From Chara braunii (Eukaryota > Plantae > Charophyceae): 64,000 nt of DNA. Shown here one piece after another: positions 40,034-50,828 of this stretch. Under the pieces are notes generated by a model. It worked only from the letters and a program-made list of their open reading frames with translations. It did not search any database and was not told the DNA's origin. Location: the NCBI GenBank assembly GCA_003427395.1, contig BFEA01000023.1:982040-1046039 (forward strand), given 5' to 3'. The translations under genes were made by a program, and so were the position numbers. Position 1 is the stretch's first letter, and each line of letters begins with the position of its first letter.

Positions 40034-40126
40034 GTAGTAGCAGCAGCATTATTGATATCATCATAATCATCATCATGAGTATCATCATTGGTTAATCTTC
40101 ATCATCATCATCATCTTTATCATCAA

Positions 40127-40168
<42 letters not shown>

Positions 40169-40948
40169 ATTTATCGATAACCTTTTGTTATCAATAGAAT
40201 TTGCTCTTCAAGGCTTCGTGTCGCTTTTCGTATCATCATCATCATTCCCGTTATCACTATCTATCCTTCACCTCCAACAAAATCCAAGAGGAATGTCAAT
40301 TTGGTGAGGGGGTAGGGGAGAGCCCTGCCCCGCAGGGGTTTCATTAGGAGGGAGGTGGAATCTTAGAGGGGGTCTGGGCAGATTGTGAGGAATACTCCTT
40401 TATGGGGCTGGGCATCAAATCCCAGCGGGGGCAGATTAGAGTAAAGGGATAGATAGGGTAATGGAGAGAATGGAGGTGTGATGAAATTCTCAGCTATCAT
40501 CATCTAATTATTGTTATAACTTATATTAAGTTTTTTTGTGTTCTGAAATTCTGGCTGCATCTCGTATTCTTCCACATCCAGGATATAGGTCTTCAGATAT
40601 GGTTGAACGTGGACTGATATCTTCTGAGTTGCTCTATTATGTGCCCTTGGTTTCCGATGCCAGAACGACGCTGGCCGGAGCTCGGGCGTTGCCCTGTAAC
40701 CTGTAAATAGCAGGAGTGTGAGGCCTTGTAGAGAGATCTGGGGTTTGCTGAGGGTGGAAGGCCTTCCAGTGGTGAGATGGGGGGGGCTGAAAGAAGGCGA
40801 GAAGAGATCAGCTATGGTTGATGTTGGTCAGGTTGTTTCTGTCTCTGTAGTATAGTGTCCTGGTACAGGGACGGCTAGGAGTTGTACTGGGATTTGGAGC
40901 CCCGAATAGCTGATATAGCATCATCATTATCATCAACATCAACATCAA

Positions 40949-40989
<41 letters not shown>

Positions 40990-41662
40990 CACCATTAGTT
41001 TCATCATCTGATTATTGTTATATTAAGTTTTTTGGTGTTCTGAAGTTTTGGCAGCATATAACATTCTTCCACATTCGGGATATAGGACTTCAAAGATGGT
41101 TGAACCTGGACTGATTTCAACTGAGTTGCTATGTTCTGTGCCCTTGGTTTACCGATGCCAGAACGACGCTGGCCGGAGCTGGGGCGTTGCCCTGTAACCT
41201 GTTAATAGCAGGAGCTTGAGGCCTTGTAGAGAGATCTGGGGTTTGCTGAGGGTGGAAGGCAGTCTAGTGGTGAACCAGGGGGGGCTGCAATGAAGTGAGA
41301 AGAGATCAGTTATGGTTGACAATTAGTTAGGTGGTTTTGTCTTTGAGGTACAGTTTCCTGGTATAGGGAGGGTTGGGAGTTGTTATAGGATTAGGAGGCC
41401 AGAATAGCTGATATAGCATATTTTTCTTTAATTTTTTATATTTTTAAATCATCATTCTCATTAGCATCATTAATCAGTGTCATTAGTATCATCATGGTCA
41501 TCATTAGCGGTTTCCGTATGTCCATTCTGGGCAGACTGTGAGGACCCCGGCCTCATCTTATTATTGGTAATATTAGCCTTGGGCACTGGGCCCTTTTAAA
41601 AAAAAAAAAAAAANNNNNNNNNNNNNNNNNGCCCTTTTAAAAAAAAAAAAAAAAAAAAAAAA
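39495..41662 (+). mobile_element. Poly(A)-tailed retroposed insertion, (CAT)n-rich, 12-bp TSD ACGAAAACAATA
   Basis: TSD at 39483-39494 and 41663-41674; poly(A) at the 3' end; internal duplication of about 420 bp (40497-40920, 41000-41420); N gap 41614-41630. Confidence 0.8.
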
Positions 41663-41674
41663 ACGAAAACAATA

Positions 41675-43115
41675 CGCACTAAGCACGTGACAGTTGTCAT
41701 TCACGGACAACCCTATAAATTACACGTACCGGAATGCGTGCCTGACGAAACCTACCAATTGATTGCAGATATCATAACCGAGTATTATGACGCTATTAGC
41801 ATCGATGATGCGGATATCGGATTATCTTTGATAATCCAACACAAGATCCAGACCGGCGACCACCTGCTGATCCATTACAAACCCTATCGTTACTCACTCA
41901 CGGAACGAAAGGCAGCACTCGAACGCATCCGTGAGTTCGAGGCCAACGGTTGGATAGAGCCCGCTACAGGTCCTTGGTCTTTCCCCGTATCGATTATCGA
42001 AAGTTGAATGATATCACGATCAAAGACGTCTTAGACGTGTACCCCCTCCCTGGGATTGACGACTTGCTAGATGCGATTGGATGTGTTAATTATTTTAGTA
42101 AATTTGATATTTGACACGGGTTCCATCATATCCTCGTAAGGAAGGAGGATCGACCGAAGACGACATTTGTACTATTTGAGGGCACATGGCAATGAATCTG
42201 TTGTCCTATGGGGATATGCAATGCACCGGCGACCTTTCAGAGGGCGATGAATGTCACATTTCAGAACTTCGTGAACAACACTCGGTTAACTGAGGGAATG
42301 ATCAATTTTTGCGTTATTGTGTACATGGACGACATTATGGTGTATTCTGAGTCTTCCATGGACACGCGCAACACATTGAATGGACACTTGGGGCGCTCCA
42401 AGATGCTGGTTTGAAGATTGCGTTGAAGAAGAGCGAATTTTTCCTATCTGAGATCTCGTTCTAGGGTACATAAAAACCCAAGGAGGCTTGAGACCGGATT
42501 CGAGGAAAGTTGAGGCGGTTTGGGAAGCACCCACGCCCACGTCATTGACACAAGTCCGAGCCTTTTTGGGACTGGCCTCGTATTACCGACGGTTTATCAA
42601 GGGATTTGTGGGAATCGCTCGGCCTCTGACGAACCTCCTACGGAAGGACCAACTGCTGAACTGGGACCCGGAGTGTGAACGGGTCTTTTCCACTCTCAAC
42701 GAGGCCCTGGCCTCCGTGCCTATTTTAATCCGGCCCGATCCCGAGCGACAGTTCCTACTCATTACTGACTGACAGACTGAAGCCATCTCCGCTATCCTGG
42801 CTCAGAAAGGGAAGGACGGTCGGGAACACGTGGTTGAGTATGCTTCGTGGGCGGTGCCGGACGAGAGAAAGAACGACTCAGTGCCTCAGGGGGAATGCTA
42901 CGCTGTGGTCTGGGGAATTCAACACTTCCACCCGTATCTCTAAGGACAGAAGTTCCTCCTCGTAACGGACCACGAGCCCTTGCTGGCACTCAAGAAGCTG
43001 ACAAACTACACATGAATGATTGGGCGATGGGCAGTAACTTGAGTAAGGCTGCAAGAGTATGATTTCGACATCGTTCATCGGAAGACAGAGAGGCACGGAA
43101 ACGCAGACAGATTGA
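41675..43115 (+). pseudogene. pol: Reverse transcriptase and RNase H of pol (frameshifted)
   Basis: KPYRYS, GWIEPATGPWSFPV, PMGICNAPATFQRAMN, VYMDDI, VRAFLGLASYYRRFIKGF, FLLVTDHEPL. Confidence 0.92.
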
Positions 43116-43322
43116 CATGACTACACAGGCTAGGCAAGGTGCCATGAGGCGAGGAGATCACTTCGTGGAAGGAACCAGAGCAGCCCAAGGGACCCGGGTA
43201 CGGTCAGGTGAGGGTCCTCCCTCGACAGGCGAAGAAGTGACGTGTGTCCCCATGGCGGCCCAAGGGAACGAAAATGTTGAAGGCGTTCCTCATCCTCTCT
43301 ATTTTCCTTACCCGATCGTTTT

Positions 43323-44315
43323 TGTCTTCTCTGCGAATCTATCTCGCGAGTCCATTTCATTTCGATTGAGCGACAACGCGAGGGTTATGTTGAATGGGTA
43401 GAATGTGCTAAGTGCGTGGCAAGAGCCCACGGGTCATGTGTTCAGTATAGGAACCCCCAGAAGCAGTGGCTCTGCCATCTGTGCCGTACCGATAAGATTC
43501 CGACGGAGGCTCGATTCCTGGAAGCGACGTTGAAAAGTCTAGAAAAGACACTACGGTTTAGACAGGCGGAATTATGGACAGATGTCGTCCTAATAGCCAC
43601 AATTGTCTGGAATTCTCTCCGAGAGTTTTCTAAGGAGGATCGAAGGCGGGCCAATGAGAGGGCGCGAGACTATAGGTGGAACGGAGAACGGTTAGAGAAA
43701 AGGAAAACGGATGGAAGCGGAATCTGGATGGTGGTACCGCATTCATTCGTGAGGTATGACTGGGTACGGGCTGCGTGTAAGGAGACGGTCGCACATTTTG
43801 CTGTCAGAATTACCGAGGCAGCCATTGATAAAAATGAGTGTCAGTGGTGCTGGTCCAATATCCGAGACGACGTTAAATTTATAGTTAAAAATGATCTCGT
43901 ATGCGCTGCTGACGAAGCGCCGATTCAACCGCCTAGGTCGAAAGTGCCGACTATAGTCCAACGGCCATTCCAGAGGGTTAGCATGGACACGACAGATATC
44001 GTCGTACCCCTTGAAACGAATAGTTGTGAGTATTCAATTCTTTTGGTATTCGTTGACCACTTTTCGAAGTGTATCGAGGCATACCTCTGTCGGACAAGAC
44101 AGTCGGCGGAAATAGCGCGATATGCCAACCGTTTCCTCGGGATGCACCAGGATACCGAGGAAATCCTTAGACAATGGAGCGGAATTCCAAGGCGAAGTCC
44201 TGAGGAACCTGGTCGTGCATGGGGTGTCTATTCGTAATACCGCCCCCCATATGTCTCAATCGAACAGCCTCGTAGAAAACGTCAATCGAGTAATTAAAAC
44301 AGCACTCCGACGGAA
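43323..44315 (+). pseudogene. PHD finger followed by DDE (rve) integrase
   Basis: CLLC-x23-CAKC-x4-H-x2-C-x9-WLCHLC in frame with PFQRVSMD, LVFVDHFSK; after a frameshift DNGAEF...SQSNSLVENVNRVIK. Confidence 0.85.
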
Positions 44316-44399
44316 GAGTAGGTCGGTATGTCCCATACCTCGTGGGAGCAGATCAGTCTGCATTCGTACGGAGCAGATCTATTTTTTATAATACAGTCA

Positions 44400-44826
44400 C
44401 GACAATAAAGTCTATTGAGATAATCGCAAAGGAGAGCGGCTCCTATCAGTGCTTCATCTAGATCTAGAAAAAGAATATAACAGGGTCAATTGGACATTTA
44501 TGCTCACCGCTTTACGACGAATGGGATTTCGTGATTCCTTCTGCAGATGGGGAACGACACTTTATACCCAGTCCATGACAGCCATAATAGTAAATGGGTT
44601 CTTCTCTGAGCCCTTCCGCCTAACGCGGTCGCTGCGGCAAGGTTGCCCACTGGCTCCCTTAATATTCGTTCTGCAGTTAGAGGTTATCATGTGTAACATC
44701 GGTTGTCGACCGGAGATCGTGGGACTGGAAGTAGCCCAGACGCAATGTAAAGTCAAGTCCCTTGCCGACGATCTGTTTGCCATCTACAAGAATTCAGAAT
44801 CTGCCTCTATTAGCGAGATCGCCCGA
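44400..44826 (+). mobile_element. L1/Tx1-type LINE RT fragment
   Basis: DLEKEYNRVNW...LRQGCPLAPLIF...LADDLF. Confidence 0.85.
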
Positions 44827-44856
44827 CTATGAATCCTGGAACCGCGCCACGTGTCG

Positions 44857-44869
44857 GGCTCCGATACCA
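44857..44869 (-). promoter_or_regulatory. Primer-binding site, tRNA-iMet type, of LTR E
   Basis: Reverse complement TGGTATCGGAGCC directly abuts LTR E. Confidence 0.85.
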
Positions 44870-46200
44870 ACCTCACGCCCGGCGCGACTTCCTGATCGGA
44901 GTAGGATGTGGGCCTGGAAGTGCGAAAAGGTGTGTGCCAAGGATTTTCGGGAAAGTGGGTGTGGAGTCCTAGGTCGGAACTAAGATCTCTTGTGGCAAAG
45001 TTTCAGGGGCATAGATGCAATAGTGCTAAAGGGGGCGAGTTACTTTCGGTCTGATGGCGGTCGAGGTCGTGCAGCATAAGGCAAATGGCATGCGTGGTGC
45101 ATTCAAGGTCGTCTCATCCGTCTATTTTGGTGGCGGCGGTTCAGGGAAAGACCCACCCGGGATGGTTGTGATTCCGATGAGTCGGACCTTCGGGTGCAGA
45201 CACATGGCGTCTGTCGTCGTGCGTTCTGGTTAGGCCTCGTAGTTTCAGAGGCTCGTCGGTTGCTGCGTCGCAAGCAATTTTTGCAAGGCGTGCGGGGCCA
45301 ATACGGGGCGATGGAATTCCACGGAACCACTGTGAGTTGGTGGTCTGGGAGGAGGAGACGGAAGGGAGGGAAATTGGTAGTGATAACAACGAAGTCGGGG
45401 GATATGGAGTATTGCGTGTTATCCCTAGTTGGGTAATCGGGGCACCTCGGATCCCTGGTTACGACACAGTGAAACTCCCTAGGACACAATCAATTCTTGG
45501 TTAGGCAGGGGAATTCCGGGTATCTTTGCCTAATACATTCTCTCACCCAAGGGTCGAAGTACTCTGAGTCCCAGCAGCTCGACATCTTATCACGGCGTAA
45601 TGGAAGCCTTCCGCACACGTCCAACCGGCAAGGGGATTTTTCCGATGTGATATTGAAAATTCCTATCCGTTTAGGTGCGTGGGGGAAGGAAAATTCCAGC
45701 CTACCCGATACCGGAGATGTCAAGCTTGTCAATGGTCGCGAATCGGCATGCGTGGATACGTGTGGCTGCGCAGATCGAATCGCGCTTACACGTATCCCCG
45801 CGAGGCATTCGCCTATTGCAAAATCGCCATGCGCCGTAAACAACTACCCAATCACATAATCACTCCGTGATCTCGCAAGCAATCATTCCCAAGCATGCAA
45901 GGTGTTATCACACATCAGACGTTAACATTTCTACTATGCCTTAATAACGTATCAAAATGGCAAGCAAAGACGATGACCAGTCAGGAAAAACAACAACTAT
46001 ATCATTCATTCATCCATTTATTTGACAAAACACACAATAAACGAGAACAAGATCAATCACAAAACAAGTGGGGGCTGAAGCCAAGCCAAGATTCCGAAAA
46101 CAAAAGAAAACGGGCGAGTCACCCGGAGCCAAGATCAAAATTTATATACAAAAGTAAGGAGGGCGATAAGACAAAGAAAATTGCAAATCCACGTCCATCA

Positions 46201-46298
<98 letters not shown>

Positions 46299-47566
46299 AT
46301 GCGGACAGTCCGTCGTCACGCACCAACCCACGAAGTCGTCACCCCGCTTAGTCCTCCTGCACCCGTCAGGTTCGCCCGCGCGCTACACTCCGTCGTAGCC
46401 CCACGCGTCAACCTCGCGCAATCGGAACCAGCTCGTCGGGTCGCCCGACTCCCACTTCAACTCACCTCTTACTTCGCTCGTGAGCCGACCCTCACTGATC
46501 GCGCTACCCCGAGCTTCCAACAACTGGTAAAGAGAGCTATCTAATCGCGCAACCAGAATTTATAGCGTGCGTGCATGCGCGAAGAACACAGAATTGCAAG
46601 GACTTAGAAGGGAGATTAGGAGAGGGAGCGCCTACGTTCTGCATGGCCAGACCACGGCGTGGGGGACGTAGCCACTCTCCACACATCAATCCGAGCATGC
46701 AGGCCGCGGGATAACTAGGCACAACAAAAGGGAAAGAGAGAGTCGGAAGACGAAGCTCAAGAAGAAAGATACAGTTACAATGGCGCCCGCCAAAAAATTA
46801 CAGTTACTTGCAAGATGAAGGGCGCCAACTAATCAGAGCTCCGTTGCAGCCACAAAAAGAAGCACGCGAGAGAGACAACGTGCGGCAAAAGAAATCCCGA
46901 ATTCCTAAATTCCTAGCCAATGCAAAAAGAAGCACATATTCCGAAAAGAAAATCCGAAGTTTCGAAAGCCATCAAGGCTCCGACAAGATTCGAAAAAGAA
47001 ATTCAAAAGGAACGAAGTAAAATTCCCATGCGATCTCCGTGCCTAAAACCCGACAACAAAAAAATTACCATGCGATCTCCGTGCCTAAAACCCGACAACA
47101 AAACAAGAAAGAAGCGACGTCAAGCATTATTATTCGCGCCTTTGTCGGCGCGACAGCCACTCAATCGGCCATCTCGGGACTTGCGCGGCCCTGAACCTAG
47201 CCATCCGAAAAGAAACGACGCAAAAAGGCGAAGAAGCGAGGACACCGATGCAATTTCCCTTTGATCCCGATCTCCCGTAATTGGCCCAACCTTCCCATCT
47301 TAGGACTCCTAACAGCCATTTCGTCAAAACGGACATATTATATTTTTTGAACGAAATCAAAACTGACTTTTTTTGCCAAAATCCGGTCGGAAGTTTTTGC
47401 TCCTGGGGGTCTGGCGTTCCAAAAAAATGCCGGACCCCCTACATGTATCTGGTATATGGTTGAGACCAGATACAAAAAAAAAGAAAAATGTCCCTTTTGA
47501 CGAAATGGCTGTTCCCTCATTGTCATTGCGCAGAAGATCGCGCGGAACAGAAATTGGTTCGTCAGA
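44870..47566 (-). mobile_element. 5' LTR E (subfamily 2); internal region lost just after the PBS; embedded ORF about 45103-45585 with one stop
   Basis: Colinear with LTR C; outer end ggttcgtcaga. Confidence 0.88.
47311..47513. mobile_element. MITE of the AAC...GTT family, 4-bp TSD (T/C)CCT
   Basis: aacagccatttcgtcaaaa...ttttgacgaaatggctgtt. Empty site taggacccctcattg in LTR C near 17573. Confidence 0.85.
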
Positions 47567-48768
47567 CAGCGGCTCTACAGGACTGTTTTCGTGGCAGATG
47601 GCTACATCTCACCCACACTACGGGACAACCCAAGCCATGCGTCCGTGTCAGGGCGGCCGTCACAGGAACCAAGTAGGGGAGAGGTCACTTGTACCACCCT
47701 CCACAAAATTGTGTGACAGGAGGGGGCCGCCATGCACAAAGTCCACCCATCCGCCACGAATTGTGGCTGATGGCTAGTATTGCAACTAGTCCCATAGTCA
47801 GGACACAGGAAGACGTAATTCAGAACAAAGTACTGATCACTCCCGTCTCGCGGATCTGGCTGCGTGACATCTGTGCAAGACGGCACGCCTACCCGTTGGC
47901 TAGGCGGTTGAGGCGGGACGAGGCGGGAACAGGCGGGAACAGGCAGGTTCTCCCTGCCACAGGAGACCTGAGGCTTTTGGTATTTATGAAATTATGAGTG
48001 CTGAATTGGAAAAAAAACAAAAACACTCTGCTGAGCACACATGACGACGAAGGAAAATGGTGGCACCAGTGCTGAATTGGAAAAAAACAAAAAGGAGGCC
48101 GACCGAGCACATGACGACGAAGGAAAATGGTGACACCTGGGGACCCACGTGGCAGTCCTAGATTTTATGTTTCTGGTTTTCTAGATCATTCGTCGATTCG
48201 TGCGTGCCCCCCCTCTGTCCAGGGACCCCCCCTCTCTGTCCAGGGACCATGGTTTCCGGATTACAATTCCAATTCGACTACCGACTGGTCACCTCACACT
48301 ACCTACTACCAGGCTACCACTACTCCTAATTGTAGGCATACGTGGTTCTCCGTGTTCTCGGATATTGTTTTTTTTTTTAATTTTTTTTTAAAGGGCGATG
48401 GCCTTGAGGTATTATCAATTTATCATCGGACTAACCAGCCCAGGTAAATTCAATATTGTGTCTTATCTGACATCGGGTGGCCTTTTCAGCCCAGGGTGGC
48501 CTTGATTGCCTTCAGGGAACCCCCAATGGGGGACACCGGCCAGGGGACAGCCGATAGCAGAGGGACCGAGCATCATCTGAGTGGCCGGTCGCTGTGCCTC
48601 CCCGATTACCCCTCCCCCTATGAACATCAGCAGAGACTGCTTTTTAATGCCAATTGGGGGGACAGAGCCCTGTCGAACGAATCTTTCCATCGAAAAAAAA
48701 AAAAAAAAAGTCTTTCCATCGATTTTGCTCCTTTCTATTGGCGAACTATTAGTGGATCCGAGCCGCAC

Positions 48769-48836
48769 TCTCGATCTATGTGTGTCATCCTTGCGCCGGG
48801 GCCAAGCTAATCTCCTGTGTGGATGTCCCGAAGGAC
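48769..48836 (-). pseudogene. U6: Internally deleted U6 snRNA copy flanked by 11-bp direct repeats GAGCCGCACTC
   Basis: Reverse complement gtccttcgggacatcc-acacaggagattagcttggccccggcgcaaggatgacacacatagatcgaga; repeats at 48760-48770 and 48838-48848. Confidence 0.8.
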
Positions 48837-49831
48837 AGAGCCGCACTCCTTTTTTCCTTTTTCTACCACTACTCCTAAAGCTATACAGGGGACCCCTTCA
48901 AGCATACCTTTCTACCTCTCTTCGGTGAAGGGAGGTTACCTCTCTCGGTGGAAGGTGGAGGGTGGAGGGAGGTAAGGGCATGTTTGTCCCTTTGCCCTAG
49001 CGTTTAGGATGCAGGGTTGGGGCCGCCGTTGGGGGGCCTTCTAGCACTCGAGGACCGAGCATTTGGCAGTAAAATAAAAAAGCCGAAAGACGCGGTTTCA
49101 ATCAGGGGAGCAGAGACCCAAGGTCTGGTGGTTCCCATGGATGCCGTGGTTCCCGGCCCCCCTCTCTTTACCCCTCCCTCCCCTCGCTCTCCGCGCTCGT
49201 CTTCTTCCAATGCCAAGAGGTGTCTTTCCCGTACTCCGTACGGCCACAGGCAAAGGAGGCAACAAGAGGTCCCTTAAAAATATCATATAGTTGGTCGTGG
49301 CAAGTACGGTATTCACTCGCACTGGCTGATCGCTAGCTCGGGAGGGCTTAACAGCTCCGAGCCTCCGGGCGCATTGGCGGCGTCCATCGCTCGCTGAGTT
49401 ACTCTGAGAATTTCCATTGGCGCCGGTATTTCTCATGGAGCGTGCTTTTCTGGCTCCGTCGTCAACCTTCTGGTTCTAGGATAGGCTTGCCTCGCCGTCT
49501 CATTACGGACGGGAACAGACTTTGCCATTGCAGGAGAGCAACATCCTCGTATTGAATTTCCTCCATTGCTCCAGATCAGCCGTCGCACTTGCGGGCCAAG
49601 TGGGTGCTTACAATTGTCCGAAGGCGGTGCCAGATGCTGGGAAGGAAAACCACTCAAACGCTTGACTTGTAGGTTCAGAAAGGCGTCCGCTGGACTAAAA
49701 AACAAAGATCACCACCGCGCATAACAAGTGTAAAGAAGAATTCACTGTCGCGGTAAGTGGCGCGTAAGTAAGACAGAACCGAAAAATTTAACGTGGATGT
49801 AAACAAACGGCTGTGCGTGCTCCGTGTTTTT

Positions 49832-49930
<99 letters not shown>

Positions 49931-50828
49931 GTATGGAATGTTTTTTCTCTACACAAGAAACAGAAAAGTGACAGAGGTGACGCATTGACGGCCAATTTCT
50001 GGGAATCGGCCTCTATCGGAACGTTATAGATGCGGGGGCCCGCTGCTGCATTGTCTGTCTTTTTTTTTTTTCTTTTTTTTTTCCCGTTGTCTGTCATTTT
50101 TACGTCACGGGCGACATGGAGTTGACTTGTTTCGAGTGAATGCTAAAATGCCGGCCACTTGTTGGGCTTGAGGGGGCCATGAAATCGTTGCTTAGCTCCT
50201 TGTTCTTTCTGCGACTTGTGCGTTCTTTCCCTTTTGAAGCGATTAATCCGATGGGCGATTGATTGTTTGATCTCTCGATTGATTCGGACGGCGTATTCGG
50301 TATCTCTTGGCTGGCAAACCCAAAAGTTAGCCGTGTCGCTTGATACTCCATACTTTTTGCGCAGCAAATTTACATTGCGTCCACTCTCAACCTGGAGATA
50401 GAACTCTTGTGACTTCACTGACGTGTCCATATGGATTTGTGAGTCTTGTGACCATGGTATGTCCTGCGGTACGACGTGGCATGGCCTGCGGACGGATTGC
50501 AAATCAGCGGAACCTGTAAACGGACTTCCTAGTAGGCGGAAGTTGTTGTAAGAGTGAAGACTGCTTGTGACCGTTTGTGACCGCTTGAGAATGCTTTCGT
50601 TGCCGTTTTGCAGGGCCGCTACGTTTCCAAGCAGGAGAGGAGAGGGCAGGTCCGTTTGTGAATTGTCGAAGAGCTCCAGGGTTGCAGGTTGACGGCGCCA
50701 TATCGTGACGGTCCTCGTGCCTGAAGCTCTCCTGTAGGGGCTCCTGCAGGTATCAGGCTCCCCCTGCTTGCTCTTGTTGTGTACAGCCCAAGGCCTTGGG
50801 GCACCTAAGTGAGGCGAGGACGAGGACA

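Larger units (their letters stand above)
34050..44330 (+). mobile_element. Decayed Ty3/gypsy LTR retrotransposon: LTR D, PBS, gag, PR, RT, RNase H, PHD, IN; 3' end lost
   Basis: Domain order PR-RT-RH-IN. Removing the nested insertions restores frames (HFLRI..PWKSAEC; PPRDTKTI/RTKHVTVV). Left boundary approximate. Confidence 0.9.

Noticed and set aside
34050-47566. DIRS-like element with inverted terminal repeats (LTR D and LTR E)
   Set aside because: D and E are clearly diverged, each has its own PBS, the enzyme is a DDE integrase, and unrelated fragments separate them.
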